From contig JBHLLO010000016.1 of the NCBI GenBank assembly GCA_048885535.1, forward strand, positions 1-51,018: 51,018 bases of DNA, given 5' to 3'. This DNA is from Candidatus Hermodarchaeota archaeon. Lineage in GTDB: Archaea > Asgardarchaeota > Lokiarchaeia > Sigyniarchaeales > SOKP01. Shown here in pieces: positions 1 through 8,478 of this stretch (position 1 is the stretch's first letter; each line of letters starts with the position of its first letter). A program made the translations under genes and the position numbers. The notes under the pieces are model-generated. The model ran no database searches. It was not told where the DNA came from and worked only from the letters and a program-made list of their open reading frames with translations.

Positions 1-1037
1 AAAAATTCTGAATACACACCAGTTAGATAAATTTTGTTATTGTATAAAAAGAAACTATATGCGACGTCCTCACCATCTATAGGATCATTTAATGTGATAT
101 TTTTAATTTGGTTTAAATTTGTGTCATACTTAGCAAGGAATATATCATAACCACTCCCAATGCCAGTTAATGTTCCAGTTAAATAAATAACACCACTTCC
201 ATCGTAATAAATTCCATAGCCTTTGTCTTCTCCTGTTGTTGGACCTGCTATAATAATCTCATCCAGTAATATTAATTCTGAATTGAATTTCCCCACCCAC
301 ATATCATAATTCGTGCCAATTTGAGATTTAGAGCCACTTACATACAAATTTCCAGAATCATCTAGTGCAAAGAATCTTCCTTTATCGGTACTGCTTGAAG
401 GACCATTAAGTGTGACACTCTTTAGTAAATTTAAATTGGTGTCAAATTTTCCAATATAAATATCATAACCTTGACTTGAGTTGGTAATAGTTCCTGTAAC
501 ATATAACATTCCATCCAAATGATTATAGAATAGACCATAACCTTCATCAGTATCATTCGATGGACCATTGATAGTGATATAATCAATCATGGATAAATTA
601 GCGCAATAAAATTTACCTAAAAAAATATTATTACCCTCACCAGTTTCATTAATATAACCGACTACATATAAGTATCCATTACCGTCACATACGGGGACAT
701 AACCCCAATCATTTGCAGACGCATTTCCATTTATAGTTTTATTTACCAGCATATTTAGATTCGAATCAAACTTAGCTAACCAAATATCGGTTCCATTTTC
801 AGGAATCAAAGGTCCTCCTGGAATTGTGATAAATCCTGTAGCATAAATATACCCTTCCTCATCCTGAGTGATTCCAAATGCAGCATCAAAATTATTATAT
901 CCACTATCTATACTTATTGAGTTAAGAAGTGTTATATCTTGTGAATATGGCCTTATTAGGGCTATAAATGAAATTGTTGGAATTACCAAAATTATAATTA
1001 AAATTAAAAGAAGAATCACTTTATTTCTCTTTCTCAT
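1..1037 (-). CDS. Secreted/membrane-anchored beta-propeller repeat (SBBP-like) protein, 3' end runs off the window; missing from the ORF track
   Basis: Manual translation from ATG at 1037: MRKRNKVILLLILIIILVIPTISFIALIRPYS (signal anchor), then ~54-aa repeats of the form D.GYG...D..G.LYVTG....G.DI..GKFD.NL....T.NGP; open to the window edge. Confidence 0.85.
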   Translation of the reverse strand, partial: MRKRNKVILLLILIIILVIPTISFIALIRPYSQDITLLNSISIDSGYNNFDAAFGITQDEEGYIYATGFITIPGGPLIPENGTDIWLAKFDSNLNMLVNKTINGNASANDWGYVPVCDGNGYLYVVGYINETGEGNNIFLGKFYCANLSMIDYITINGPSNDTDEGYGLFYNHLDGMLYVTGTITNSSQGYDIYIGKFDTNLNLLKSVTLNGPSSSTDKGRFFALDDSGNLYVSGSKSQIGTNYDMWVGKFNSELILLDEIIIAGPTTGEDKGYGIYYDGSGVIYLTGTLTGIGSGYDIFLAKYDTNLNQIKNITLNDPIDGEDVAYSFFLYNNKIYLTGVYSEF

Positions 1038-1104
1038 TTATCTTCAATAAAGTCTAATTTCTTCACATATTTTAAATTGCCTATTTCCACCATATACGAT
1101 TCAT

Positions 1105-1602
1105 TTATTTTTTAAAGGGGTTTGGGATCCATTTTGATACTCTCTTTTTATAACTCAAATATTTATCCCCAAACATATTTTCAAGAATCTTCTCTTCAAA
1201 ATTTGCCATCTTATTGTAAACTAAAAATACTAGAAAGAAAAGGACAATACATATAATTGAAATAGAAAAACAGAGGAAAGCAATATATATTAACAAAATT
1301 CCAAAATACATGGGATTTCTCGAGTATCTAAGAATTCCTTCTTTAATTAAAGTATCTGCTGGCCGATGTGATTTAAATAGAGCTCTATGTGATAACAAGA
1401 TGAGAGTAACCGCTATTGTGAAAATGGTGATTGCTAGGATTAGACGTACAAGAAAGGGTATAAACACATTTAATATTGTTGAGATTTGAAAAATTTGAGA
1501 ATCTAAAAACCAAATTAATATGAACGTTATAGGGAGTACAATATGATATATGTGAGCATGGGGAATTTCTCTATTGTAGCCTTCGTGTCTTTTTAAACTC
1601 AT
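1105..1602 (-). CDS. Isoprenylcysteine carboxyl methyltransferase / PEMT family membrane protein
   Basis: Several TM helices, LIKEGILRYSRNPMYFG and EE..L...FG..Y..YKKRV motifs. Confidence 0.85.
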   Translation of the reverse strand: MSLKRHEGYNREIPHAHIYHIVLPITFILIWFLDSQIFQISTILNVFIPFLVRLILAITIFTIAVTLILLSHRALFKSHRPADTLIKEGILRYSRNPMYFGILLIYIAFLCFSISIICIVLFFLVFLVYNKMANFEEKILENMFGDKYLSYKKRVSKWIPNPFKK

Positions 1603-1732
1603 ATAGAAATCATTTCAATCAATTAATAATTATAGACTAATTTCTTTCTATTATATTTTTTTTATAGTCCAATTCTTCTTGTTCAATCAAATTATCTGAT
1701 AGATATTAATCTGCTTGCTAATTAAACGTATT

Positions 1733-1828
1733 TTAAGAATAGTATACCAAAACTAGAACTACTGTTGTAGGGATGATTAGCATTAGAATAAATAATACCA
1801 AGAGAATTCTTTTGCTTCGTTTATTCAT
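1733..1828 (-). pseudogene. 31-codon ORF, probable remnant (signal anchor only) of a paralogue of the beta-propeller gene, or a membrane micropeptide
   Basis: MNKRSKRILLVLFILMLIIPTTVVLVLVYYS* lines up with MRKRNKVILLLILIIILVIPTISFIALIRPYS of the gene starting at 1037. Confidence 0.45.
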
Positions 1829-1894
1829 AATTCTTTAAAAAATCTAATTATTTGTATACTTAAATTATTTTACATAGTTTAAATAAGATTCTTC

Positions 1895-2563
1895 CTAAGG
1901 TATCCAGGGTAGTGTTGCTCCTCTATCAGCAGTAACACTTTTAATAGCCTTCTCAATTTTTAATATCATTTCTACATGCTCAGGATCATTTTTTTGGTTT
2001 TGAATCAATGCGTTAATCCGGAATTTAGCTAGCCCTCTATCTCCTTTTGAAACATACATATTAATAATTCTCCCAAACCTCAATAAGCTTATTAAGCATA
2101 ATAATTCAATATCAGGCTCAACATTTTCAACAAGCACTTTATGAATTTGTTTCATCAATGACAGCTTTACTTCTGGTAGAACAGGAAAAGAAAATGATGT
2201 TTTTCTAAAAACTTTTAAGAAAGATTTTTCCTTAATTTTCAAGATTCCTTGATTTTCTAAGCGTTTTAAAAATACATGCCAGAATACATACTTTCTTGAG
2301 AGAAAATCAATCCAACTTTTTACTTTACGCAATTTCTTGGAACTATCTAAAACTCCAAGAATCTCATCTAAATACTCATCTCCAGTTGTGTTTACATCAA
2401 TCACTCTTACATACTTTTTTTCAATCAAAATTTTTTTCCTAAGAATCAAATCCATTAGTACCGCACCCGCTAAACATAATTCTTTAACTATAGCGGTCTT
2501 AACATAATAGGATCCTTTTGATTCATCAAGAATCATTAATAGATAATTTTCACAGATGAGCAT
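1895..2563 (-). CDS. GPP34 (GOLPH3/Vps74-related) family protein
   Basis: E.YLLMILDESKG, LAGAVLMDL, TGDEYLD, L...GIL motifs; likely start MLICEN at 2563 (the upstream extension to 2737 looks non-coding). Confidence 0.8.
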   Translation of the reverse strand: MLICENYLLMILDESKGSYYVKTAIVKELCLAGAVLMDLILRKKILIEKKYVRVIDVNTTGDEYLDEILGVLDSSKKLRKVKSWIDFLSRKYVFWHVFLKRLENQGILKIKEKSFLKVFRKTSFSFPVLPEVKLSLMKQIHKVLVENVEPDIELLCLISLLRFGRIINMYVSKGDRGLAKFRINALIQNQKNDPEHVEMILKIEKAIKSVTADRGATLPWIP

Positions 2564-2786
2564 CTGAAATTCAAAATTAGTTATTATTTTATTGGATTTA
2601 ATTACAAAATTTTTTAAAGATTTCAGAATAATAAACAGAATTATTCTAATATAAGTATTTGGGTAAAAAGAAGGTATAAAAATAATGATCATTATTTTGA
2701 TTTCATAAACTTTAAATAATAACATATAATTACCCATAATTAGATACCATTAAATATCACTAAATAAAATTAATTTTGAAATAATT

Positions 2787-2939
2787 ATGGAATCATATAA
2801 AATAGGAAAGGAGGCCCAAGAATTAGACGAAAAGACGATCTTTGAAAGAATGAAAATAAATAAAAAATCTATAAAAAAGTTATTTGGGGCTGTAATAGTA
2901 TATATAGCTATTATGACTCTTTTCTTCTTCCTCTTATAG
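2787..2939 (+). CDS. 50-aa small protein with a C-terminal TM helix; missing from the ORF track
   Basis: MESYKIGKEAQELDEKTIFERMKINKKSIKKLFGAVIVYIAIMTLFFFLL*; its stop overlaps the AGGTG RBS of the next gene. Confidence 0.6.
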   Translation: MESYKIGKEAQELDEKTIFERMKINKKSIKKLFGAVIVYIAIMTLFFFLL

Positions 2940-2951
2940 GTGTATAAGTGT

Positions 2952-3743
2952 ATGGAATTAATCTTAATTATAATCCTTTTGGCATTTATATTCGAAACAC
3001 TTGATTCAGCAGCTGGAATGGGCTTCGGAACGGGAATGGCTCCACTACTTTTATCGATGGGCTATAGTTCTCTTCAAGTTGTTCCTGCCCTTTTAATTTC
3101 TGAGGCTATAACGGGCATAATGGATGGAGTATTTGACCATGAATTTAAAAATGTACAATTTTCATTTCGACCTTTAAATGAAACGACAAAAGTTACTCTT
3201 CATATTGCATTTTTCGGTTGTTTAGCAACATTCATTTCAGTTTTTCTTTCTCATTATGTGATTGCTTTTCCTGAAGAAGTTATCAAAATATACGTAGCAG
3301 CATTAGTCGTTTTCATGGGCATTTTTGGTTTATTAAGATTGAAGTTAAAGAATATTAAAAAATATAAATATAAGCCTAAAATGTTATTTGCTTTTTCAGC
3401 ACTTGCAGGGTTTAATAAGGGTATTGGTGGCGGAGGTTATGGCCCTGTGGTAACTCTTGGAGAAATTTTTTCAGGTATTTATGAAAAGAGCGCTACAGCT
3501 ATCGTTTCGTTTGCTGAAGGTTTAGTCTCAATAACAGGAATAATTGTATTCTTCGGAATAAGTTTTGCGGGTGTAAATGTTGATTTAATCCTGCTACCTT
3601 CAATTTTCACAGGTGGTTTTTTTGCTGCTATTTTAGCACCTTACCTAGTTAGAGTTTTACCAAATAAAATTTGGAAATATCTAATTCCAGTTTATGCCTT
3701 TGGTATTGGAATTTTCCTAATATTGAAAATATTTGTCCTTTAA
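2952..3743 (+). CDS. Sulfite exporter TauE/SafE (TSUP) family transporter
   Basis: DSAAGMGFG and GFNKGIGGGGYGP repeats, about 8 TM helices. Confidence 0.85.
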   Translation: MELILIIILLAFIFETLDSAAGMGFGTGMAPLLLSMGYSSLQVVPALLISEAITGIMDGVFDHEFKNVQFSFRPLNETTKVTLHIAFFGCLATFISVFLSHYVIAFPEEVIKIYVAALVVFMGIFGLLRLKLKNIKKYKYKPKMLFAFSALAGFNKGIGGGGYGPVVTLGEIFSGIYEKSATAIVSFAEGLVSITGIIVFFGISFAGVNVDLILLPSIFTGGFFAAILAPYLVRVLPNKIWKYLIPVYAFGIGIFLILKIFVL

Positions 3744-3751
3744 TTCTCTTT

Positions 3752-4498
3752 TCACAATTTTTTTATAATAATAAATATCCATGCTAAATAAGATAGTATT
3801 TTTATGTCTAACATATCAATTTCTAATAGGATATCTCTTATTTCTTCCTTAGTATAACTTGCTTTTAATGAACCTAATGGCTCATTAATCTCCTTCAATG
3901 CTTTAGGTACAACAATTTTGGTTGCAAATGTTAGTAATCCGTAAAAAAACCGACGAGAATCTCTACGAAAGTCAAAAATTAGCAAAATTCCATCTTTTTT
4001 TAAAACTCGAACCAATTCTCTGAAAGCTTTCTTTGGGTCAGACCAATGATGTAATGAAAGTGAGCTTACAATGAAATCTGCCGTATTATCCAAAAGAGGT
4101 AGCTTTTCAGCATTTCCAATTTTAAAATTTATCTTTTCATTAACTTCATTTGAATTAGCTCTTTTCTTAGCTAAGTCAAGAATTTCACTTGAAATGTCAA
4201 TCCCTAAAAGTTCGAGTTCTTCAAAGTTTTGCGCCATCTCTACAATTAGGTTTCCAGAGCCACAACCAATATCAATTAAAAGTCCTTTCATCTTGTAATT
4301 CTTTAATTCATTAATTATTCTTTTCCTTAATAATTTAAATGGGAGTAAATTTGTCATTTTCTCGAATGCATTTGCTACCGAACTATCAAGACCTTCTATA
4401 CTAATTTTTCTCTCATTTCTCTTTCGAGGTAAACCAAAAATTAGAATCAAAATCACGATTATTCCAAAAATTAATAAAAAAACAAACCAAGAGTTCAT
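3752..4498 (-). CDS. Class I SAM-dependent methyltransferase (UbiE-like) with an N-terminal TM helix
   Basis: IDIGCGSG, GNAEKLP, SLSLHHW, RVLKKDG. Confidence 0.9.
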   Translation of the reverse strand: MNSWFVFLLIFGIIVILILIFGLPRKRNERKISIEGLDSSVANAFEKMTNLLPFKLLRKRIINELKNYKMKGLLIDIGCGSGNLIVEMAQNFEELELLGIDISSEILDLAKKRANSNEVNEKINFKIGNAEKLPLLDNTADFIVSSLSLHHWSDPKKAFRELVRVLKKDGILLIFDFRRDSRRFFYGLLTFATKIVVPKALKEINEPLGSLKASYTKEEIRDILLEIDMLDIKILSYLAWIFIIIKKL

Positions 4499-4555
4499 AA
4501 TTAAATAGTTACAAAACAATAATTAAAAATTAGATGGTTTAATAATTCAAATTAC

Positions 4556-4981
4556 CTAAATAAAGGATGATAAGGATGAGGTTCTAAAGGTTTCTGCCTT
4601 TTTTAATAGCTTTTTAGAATTATTAAATGTTAATTGTTTAATTGCTTTATGAAAAGGTAACCATTTAAAATCATCATGCTCATAACTTAATTTGACTTTT
4701 TTAGTGTTAGATTTTATTAAATAACAGGAAACTAGTTTATGAATTTTCTGATTTCTGAATGTGAAATTATATTCATATTTTTCTTTGAATCCTTTAATAA
4801 TTTCGGCATCTGTAATGCTAGTTTCCTCTTTTAATTCCCTCAATATTGTCTCTTCATCAGTTTCATTTGCTTCTTTATGCCCTTTTACAAACTCCCAGTG
4901 ACCTAAACCGTATTTTAACAACAGGTATTCGTTATTAGAATACACAATAGCAGCAATTGAATGTTCTTCCTTTACAGTCAT
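4556..4981 (-). CDS. NUDIX hydrolase (Ap4A hydrolase-like)
   Basis: HWEFVKGH and Nudix box G.....ETDEETILRELKEETS; LSYEH. Confidence 0.9.
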   Translation of the reverse strand: MTVKEEHSIAAIVYSNNEYLLLKYGLGHWEFVKGHKEANETDEETILRELKEETSITDAEIIKGFKEKYEYNFTFRNQKIHKLVSCYLIKSNTKKVKLSYEHDDFKWLPFHKAIKQLTFNNSKKLLKKAETFRTSSLSSFI

Positions 4982-5043
4982 TAATCCTAATAATGATTGT
5001 TATTTTTAAATAATTTATTTCTCATTAAATATTCAATGCATAG

Positions 5044-5928
5044 TTATTCTAATCCCTCAAATACCCAGAGTTGGAAAAATCTTTTTCTTAGGTCTTCAGC
5101 CAAATTAATGTCGATAATATTTATTGAAGCATAGATTTGGGATACATTTATAGGATTTTGTAGCTTTAATAATACTTGCTTTGTATCAAAAACGTCATAG
5201 TAAGTGGGGATCCGTTTATGTAAATATTTCATTTCAAACCCATCAATTTCTTCAGATATTCCAAATAAATCTTCCATCTGCTTTTTTACATCATAATAAA
5301 GATCGCTGTTTCTTTTAATTAGAGTGTTAGATAAATTTCTATTATCAAAATCAAAACTCCAAAGGTATTTAACTTGGACATCTCGTAACAAGGCATTTCT
5401 AATTCCATTATATATTAATTTCCCATAAGGAAGTACTTTAAGTGTATTCTCATTAATAAAGCCAGTCATTAATAATTCTTCTTGAACTTCTTTCATCTTC
5501 TGCTCATATAAAGATAATATGGATATGGCACCAAAAGTAGTAGACCAAAACGTTTTAGAAATATCTTTTTTAATGAATGATTCGGAATTTAAGATAGTAC
5601 GCTCTAGGATCTTAGCTTGATCGTACAAAAAGGAAACTTTATCCTTTCGTTTACTATCTAAATAGGAAATGAGGTTTTGAAATGCAGAGTTAAATGGTTT
5701 TGCTCTATAAACCTTAGGACGAGATTCTTGAACTTCAATCATCCCTTTTTCTTTTAAATGTTCTAAAATTTCATAAATCCTGCCTGTGGGGACTTCAGAT
5801 CTTTCACTTAGCTCTCTTGCAGTAAGATTACTATATCTTAATAATTCAATAAGAACATTGATTTCATAATTTGAGAGATCAGCATTCTTTAGAAATTGTC
5901 TAACTTGCAATAAAATTTCATTACTCAT
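5044..5928 (-). CDS. TrmB family transcriptional regulator
   Basis: LSNYE, TARELSERSEVPTGRIYEIL..L...G......RPKVY; likely start MSNEIL at 5928. Confidence 0.9.
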   Translation of the reverse strand: MSNEILLQVRQFLKNADLSNYEINVLIELLRYSNLTARELSERSEVPTGRIYEILEHLKEKGMIEVQESRPKVYRAKPFNSAFQNLISYLDSKRKDKVSFLYDQAKILERTILNSESFIKKDISKTFWSTTFGAISILSLYEQKMKEVQEELLMTGFINENTLKVLPYGKLIYNGIRNALLRDVQVKYLWSFDFDNRNLSNTLIKRNSDLYYDVKKQMEDLFGISEEIDGFEMKYLHKRIPTYYDVFDTKQVLLKLQNPINVSQIYASINIIDINLAEDLRKRFFQLWVFEGLE

Positions 5929-5942
5929 ATTAATTCCTTTTA

Positions 5943-5961
5943 TCAACTATATACGAGTTGA
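5943..5961. promoter_or_regulatory. Palindromic operator 1 (TCAACT-N7-AGTTGA)
   Basis: Inverted repeat just upstream of the TrmB start; same core as operator 2. Confidence 0.6.
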
Positions 5962-6011
5962 ATATTATATAATAATTCATAATGATTAAGGTCAATATTT
6001 ATGTTTTCTTT

Positions 6012-6038
6012 TTTTACAACTAAAAAATAGTTGTAAAA
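6012..6038. promoter_or_regulatory. Palindromic operator 2 (TTTTACAACTA-N5-TAGTTGTAAAA)
   Basis: Perfect 11-bp inverted repeat about 40 nt upstream of the DUF6125 pair. Confidence 0.65.
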
Positions 6039-6079
6039 GATCGAAAAACATTAAAAATTAAACAGAAACTACCTAAAAT

Positions 6080-6604
6080 ATGGAAAAAAAAATAAATTAT
6101 TTAGATTCTCTTAGCGATAAACAAAGAATTGATATCCTTAGGAAAAATTGGATGTCTCATGATGCTAGAGCTCAAATGGCAATAGTTAAAGCATTTGGAT
6201 GGGAACAAGCGAATAAATTAAACAAAAAAATTATAGCAGAGATGGGTAAAGTTATGATGCATCGTTTTGCTAATGCAATAAAGATATCCCAAGTAAAAGA
6301 TCTTCAAGATCTCCATGACGTCTGTCTAGCTGTAATGGAATTTTACTATCCTCCTCCTTCAATGCGTTACGAATTCCAAAAAGTATCTGACACAGAGCTT
6401 TTGGGAATTGTGAAAAATTGTGCTGTTATAGAACAGGTAAGACGACTTAGAATGGAAAAGTATTATGAATGTGGATGTTTTGCAATGCGATCAGGTTGGT
6501 ACAAAGCATTAGGAGTCGATGCGGAGGAACAATGTCTCGAATGTATTAAAGATGGTGATGAACAATGCAGAGTTCTGATAAAGGTGAAAAATTGGAGTCT
6601 ATAA
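6080..6604 (+). CDS. DUF6125-like protein (V4R/ATC-hydrolase-like Cys pattern), copy 1
   Basis: NWMSHDAR motif; conserved Cys (NC..YECG..C.....C). Confidence 0.7.
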   Translation: MEKKINYLDSLSDKQRIDILRKNWMSHDARAQMAIVKAFGWEQANKLNKKIIAEMGKVMMHRFANAIKISQVKDLQDLHDVCLAVMEFYYPPPSMRYEFQKVSDTELLGIVKNCAVIEQVRRLRMEKYYECGCFAMRSGWYKALGVDAEEQCLECIKDGDEQCRVLIKVKNWSL

Positions 6605-7125
6605 AAAAAACCACTGAGTTAAAAACCCTGGAGTTTAAGCAGGTTAAAGAACTCTTAATTAAAAGCTGGATGACTCATGATGGAATGTGGTTTTATCATT
6701 GTGCGAAAGAATTCGGAATTGATAAAACCAATAAAATTAACAAAGCAGCAGTAAAATCAATGGCTAAAATTGAAATGCAAAGGATTAAGAATGCCATAGG
6801 CATTAAAGAGGTAAAATCTTTTGAAGCGTTTAAGAATTTGATGAAAATCGTTTTTTCTGTGGTAAAAGCTGACTTCATGGATTTTACATTTGAATGTCCA
6901 TCTAAAAACATATTAATATTTACTATGAATAATTGTTTTGCTTTTGATGGGATTAAAAGAATGGGTTATCTAGAAAGATATAGTTGTGGTATATTTCAAC
7001 GACTAAAAGGTTGGTTTGAGGAATTAGGTATTCAATATGATATAATTCCTCAAATTAATGGTTGCATGATGAAAGATGAGGGAATTTGTTATAGAAAATT
7101 CCAATTCTTTTTTACAAGTGACTAA
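6592..7125 (+). CDS. DUF6125-like protein, copy 2
   Basis: SWMTHDGMWF, CFAFDG, YSCGIF; likely TTG start at 6592 after an AGGTGA RBS. Confidence 0.75.
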   Translation: MESIKKTTELKTLEFKQVKELLIKSWMTHDGMWFYHCAKEFGIDKTNKINKAAVKSMAKIEMQRIKNAIGIKEVKSFEAFKNLMKIVFSVVKADFMDFTFECPSKNILIFTMNNCFAFDGIKRMGYLERYSCGIFQRLKGWFEELGIQYDIIPQINGCMMKDEGICYRKFQFFFTSD

Positions 7126-7139
7126 TTTCAAACAACACC

Positions 7140-7454
7140 TTACATTTTAAAATCCCAACGGTAAATCTCTAAATCAATCAAATTATTATCATTGAATGAA
7201 ATCCCTTCTAATTCTAAAAGTCTCTTTTGAGTTTCATATCCCCCTCCAATAGGTAATGAAATACCGCCCTTACTATTAATAACTCTATGCCAGGGTAAAT
7301 TATCTTTCTTAGAAGAAGAATGTAAAATCCAAGATACTTGTCGCGCACCACGAGGATTGCCTGCAAGAGTGGCAATTTGACCATAAGTAGCAACTTTTCC
7401 AAAAGGTATTTGTTTGATTAATTGTTTTACTTGTTGGGAAAAAGATTCAATCAT
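7140..7454 (-). CDS. Alkyltransferase-like (ATL, YbaZ/Atl1-type) O6-alkylguanine-binding protein
   Basis: IPFGKVATYGQIA..AG.P..AR.V and PWHRV (Trp in place of the catalytic Cys of MGMT). Confidence 0.9.
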   Translation of the reverse strand: MIESFSQQVKQLIKQIPFGKVATYGQIATLAGNPRGARQVSWILHSSSKKDNLPWHRVINSKGGISLPIGGGYETQKRLLELEGISFNDNNLIDLEIYRWDFKM

Positions 7455-7508
7455 TATTCATACTTTTAAATATTCATGTATAATTAACTAGAATATAATA
7501 AAATTTAA

Positions 7509-8321
7509 CTAAAAATTATCTAATCCTGTCTGTAATTTACTTTCACTTTCACTTGGATTGTATATAATGTTTTGATTAATTTTTGCTTTTTTATTTATAA
7601 CTTCAAGATAATCTGGATTGCTTTCTATTGAGATACAGTGGCGTCCCAGTTCTCTACATGCTAACAATGTACCTCCACTCCCAGAAAATAGATCTGCTAC
7701 CCAGTTACCTGGATTTGATGAGATGTTGATCATTTTTTTCATTAAAATTATTGGTAATTGACAAGGATGCCCCTTTATGTGATCTGGATCGTTTCCTCTA
7801 TTATATTTAGGCCAATACCAGACATCCTTTTCATATTTGAACCCTTTTCTTTTTGTTTTAGGATTTGAATATTGTGGCTTGAATGTAAAGTTATTCTCAT
7901 CTTTTACTAAAAAAGGGATATGATAATGACTTGTAATATATTTTTTATTTGTGAATACTCCCCATTCATAAAACCAAATAATATGATTTTTTAGGATGAA
8001 TTCAGTTCTTTTAATCGCATTAAGTATAGCATCCAAGTTCGTCCAGCCGCTAACAATATACATTGAACCATTTGGTTTAAGGGCTTCATAACTTTTGGAA
8101 ATCCAGTTGTAGGAGAATTCCTCATAATCATTTCCCTCAAATTTATCTTCATATAAAATAAATCCCTCAGCTCCATATTCATGACAACTTTTATTGAAAT
8201 CAATGCCAAAAGGGGGGTCTGCAATAATTAAATCAAATGAAGATTTATAGTTATCCAGTACTTCCAAAACATCTCCGATTATTATTTTATAGTCGGAAAC
8301 TATTTCTTTTCCATTCATCAC
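7509..8321 (-). CDS. Orphan beta-class N6-adenine/N4-cytosine DNA methyltransferase
   Basis: Motif IV ADPPF precedes HPCQLP and motif I DLFSGSGGT; no restriction endonuclease nearby. Confidence 0.9.
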   Translation of the reverse strand: MMNGKEIVSDYKIIIGDVLEVLDNYKSSFDLIIADPPFGIDFNKSCHEYGAEGFILYEDKFEGNDYEEFSYNWISKSYEALKPNGSMYIVSGWTNLDAILNAIKRTEFILKNHIIWFYEWGVFTNKKYITSHYHIPFLVKDENNFTFKPQYSNPKTKRKGFKYEKDVWYWPKYNRGNDPDHIKGHPCQLPIILMKKMINISSNPGNWVADLFSGSGGTLLACRELGRHCISIESNPDYLEVINKKAKINQNIIYNPSESESKLQTGLDNF

Positions 8322-8397
8322 TCAAAAATTAATCATTGATACAATACATTAAAGTTTTGTTATCTTACAGCTTTTTCTATTAATAATTAATTAAAAA

Positions 8398-8413
8398 TTA
8401 CGATACTTCGTAA
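8398..8413. promoter_or_regulatory. Candidate operator TTACGA-N4-TCGTAA upstream of the ZIP-DtxR operon
   Basis: 6-bp inverted repeat containing CG in an extremely AT-rich spacer. Confidence 0.4.
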
Positions 8414-8478
8414 AATTTAATAATAATTAAAATTACTATTCACATAATTTAAACTAAAAAATTTGAAGTGGACTTGAT

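Noticed and set aside
868-1050. 60-aa plus-strand ORF in the track
   Set aside because: Antisense shadow of the real beta-propeller gene on the minus strand
7509-8321. Restriction-modification system
   Set aside because: No endonuclease or specificity gene is adjacent
8455-8466. Selenocysteine read-through of the TGA before the ZIP frame
   Set aside because: An in-frame TAA lies three codons upstream and there is no start codon between them
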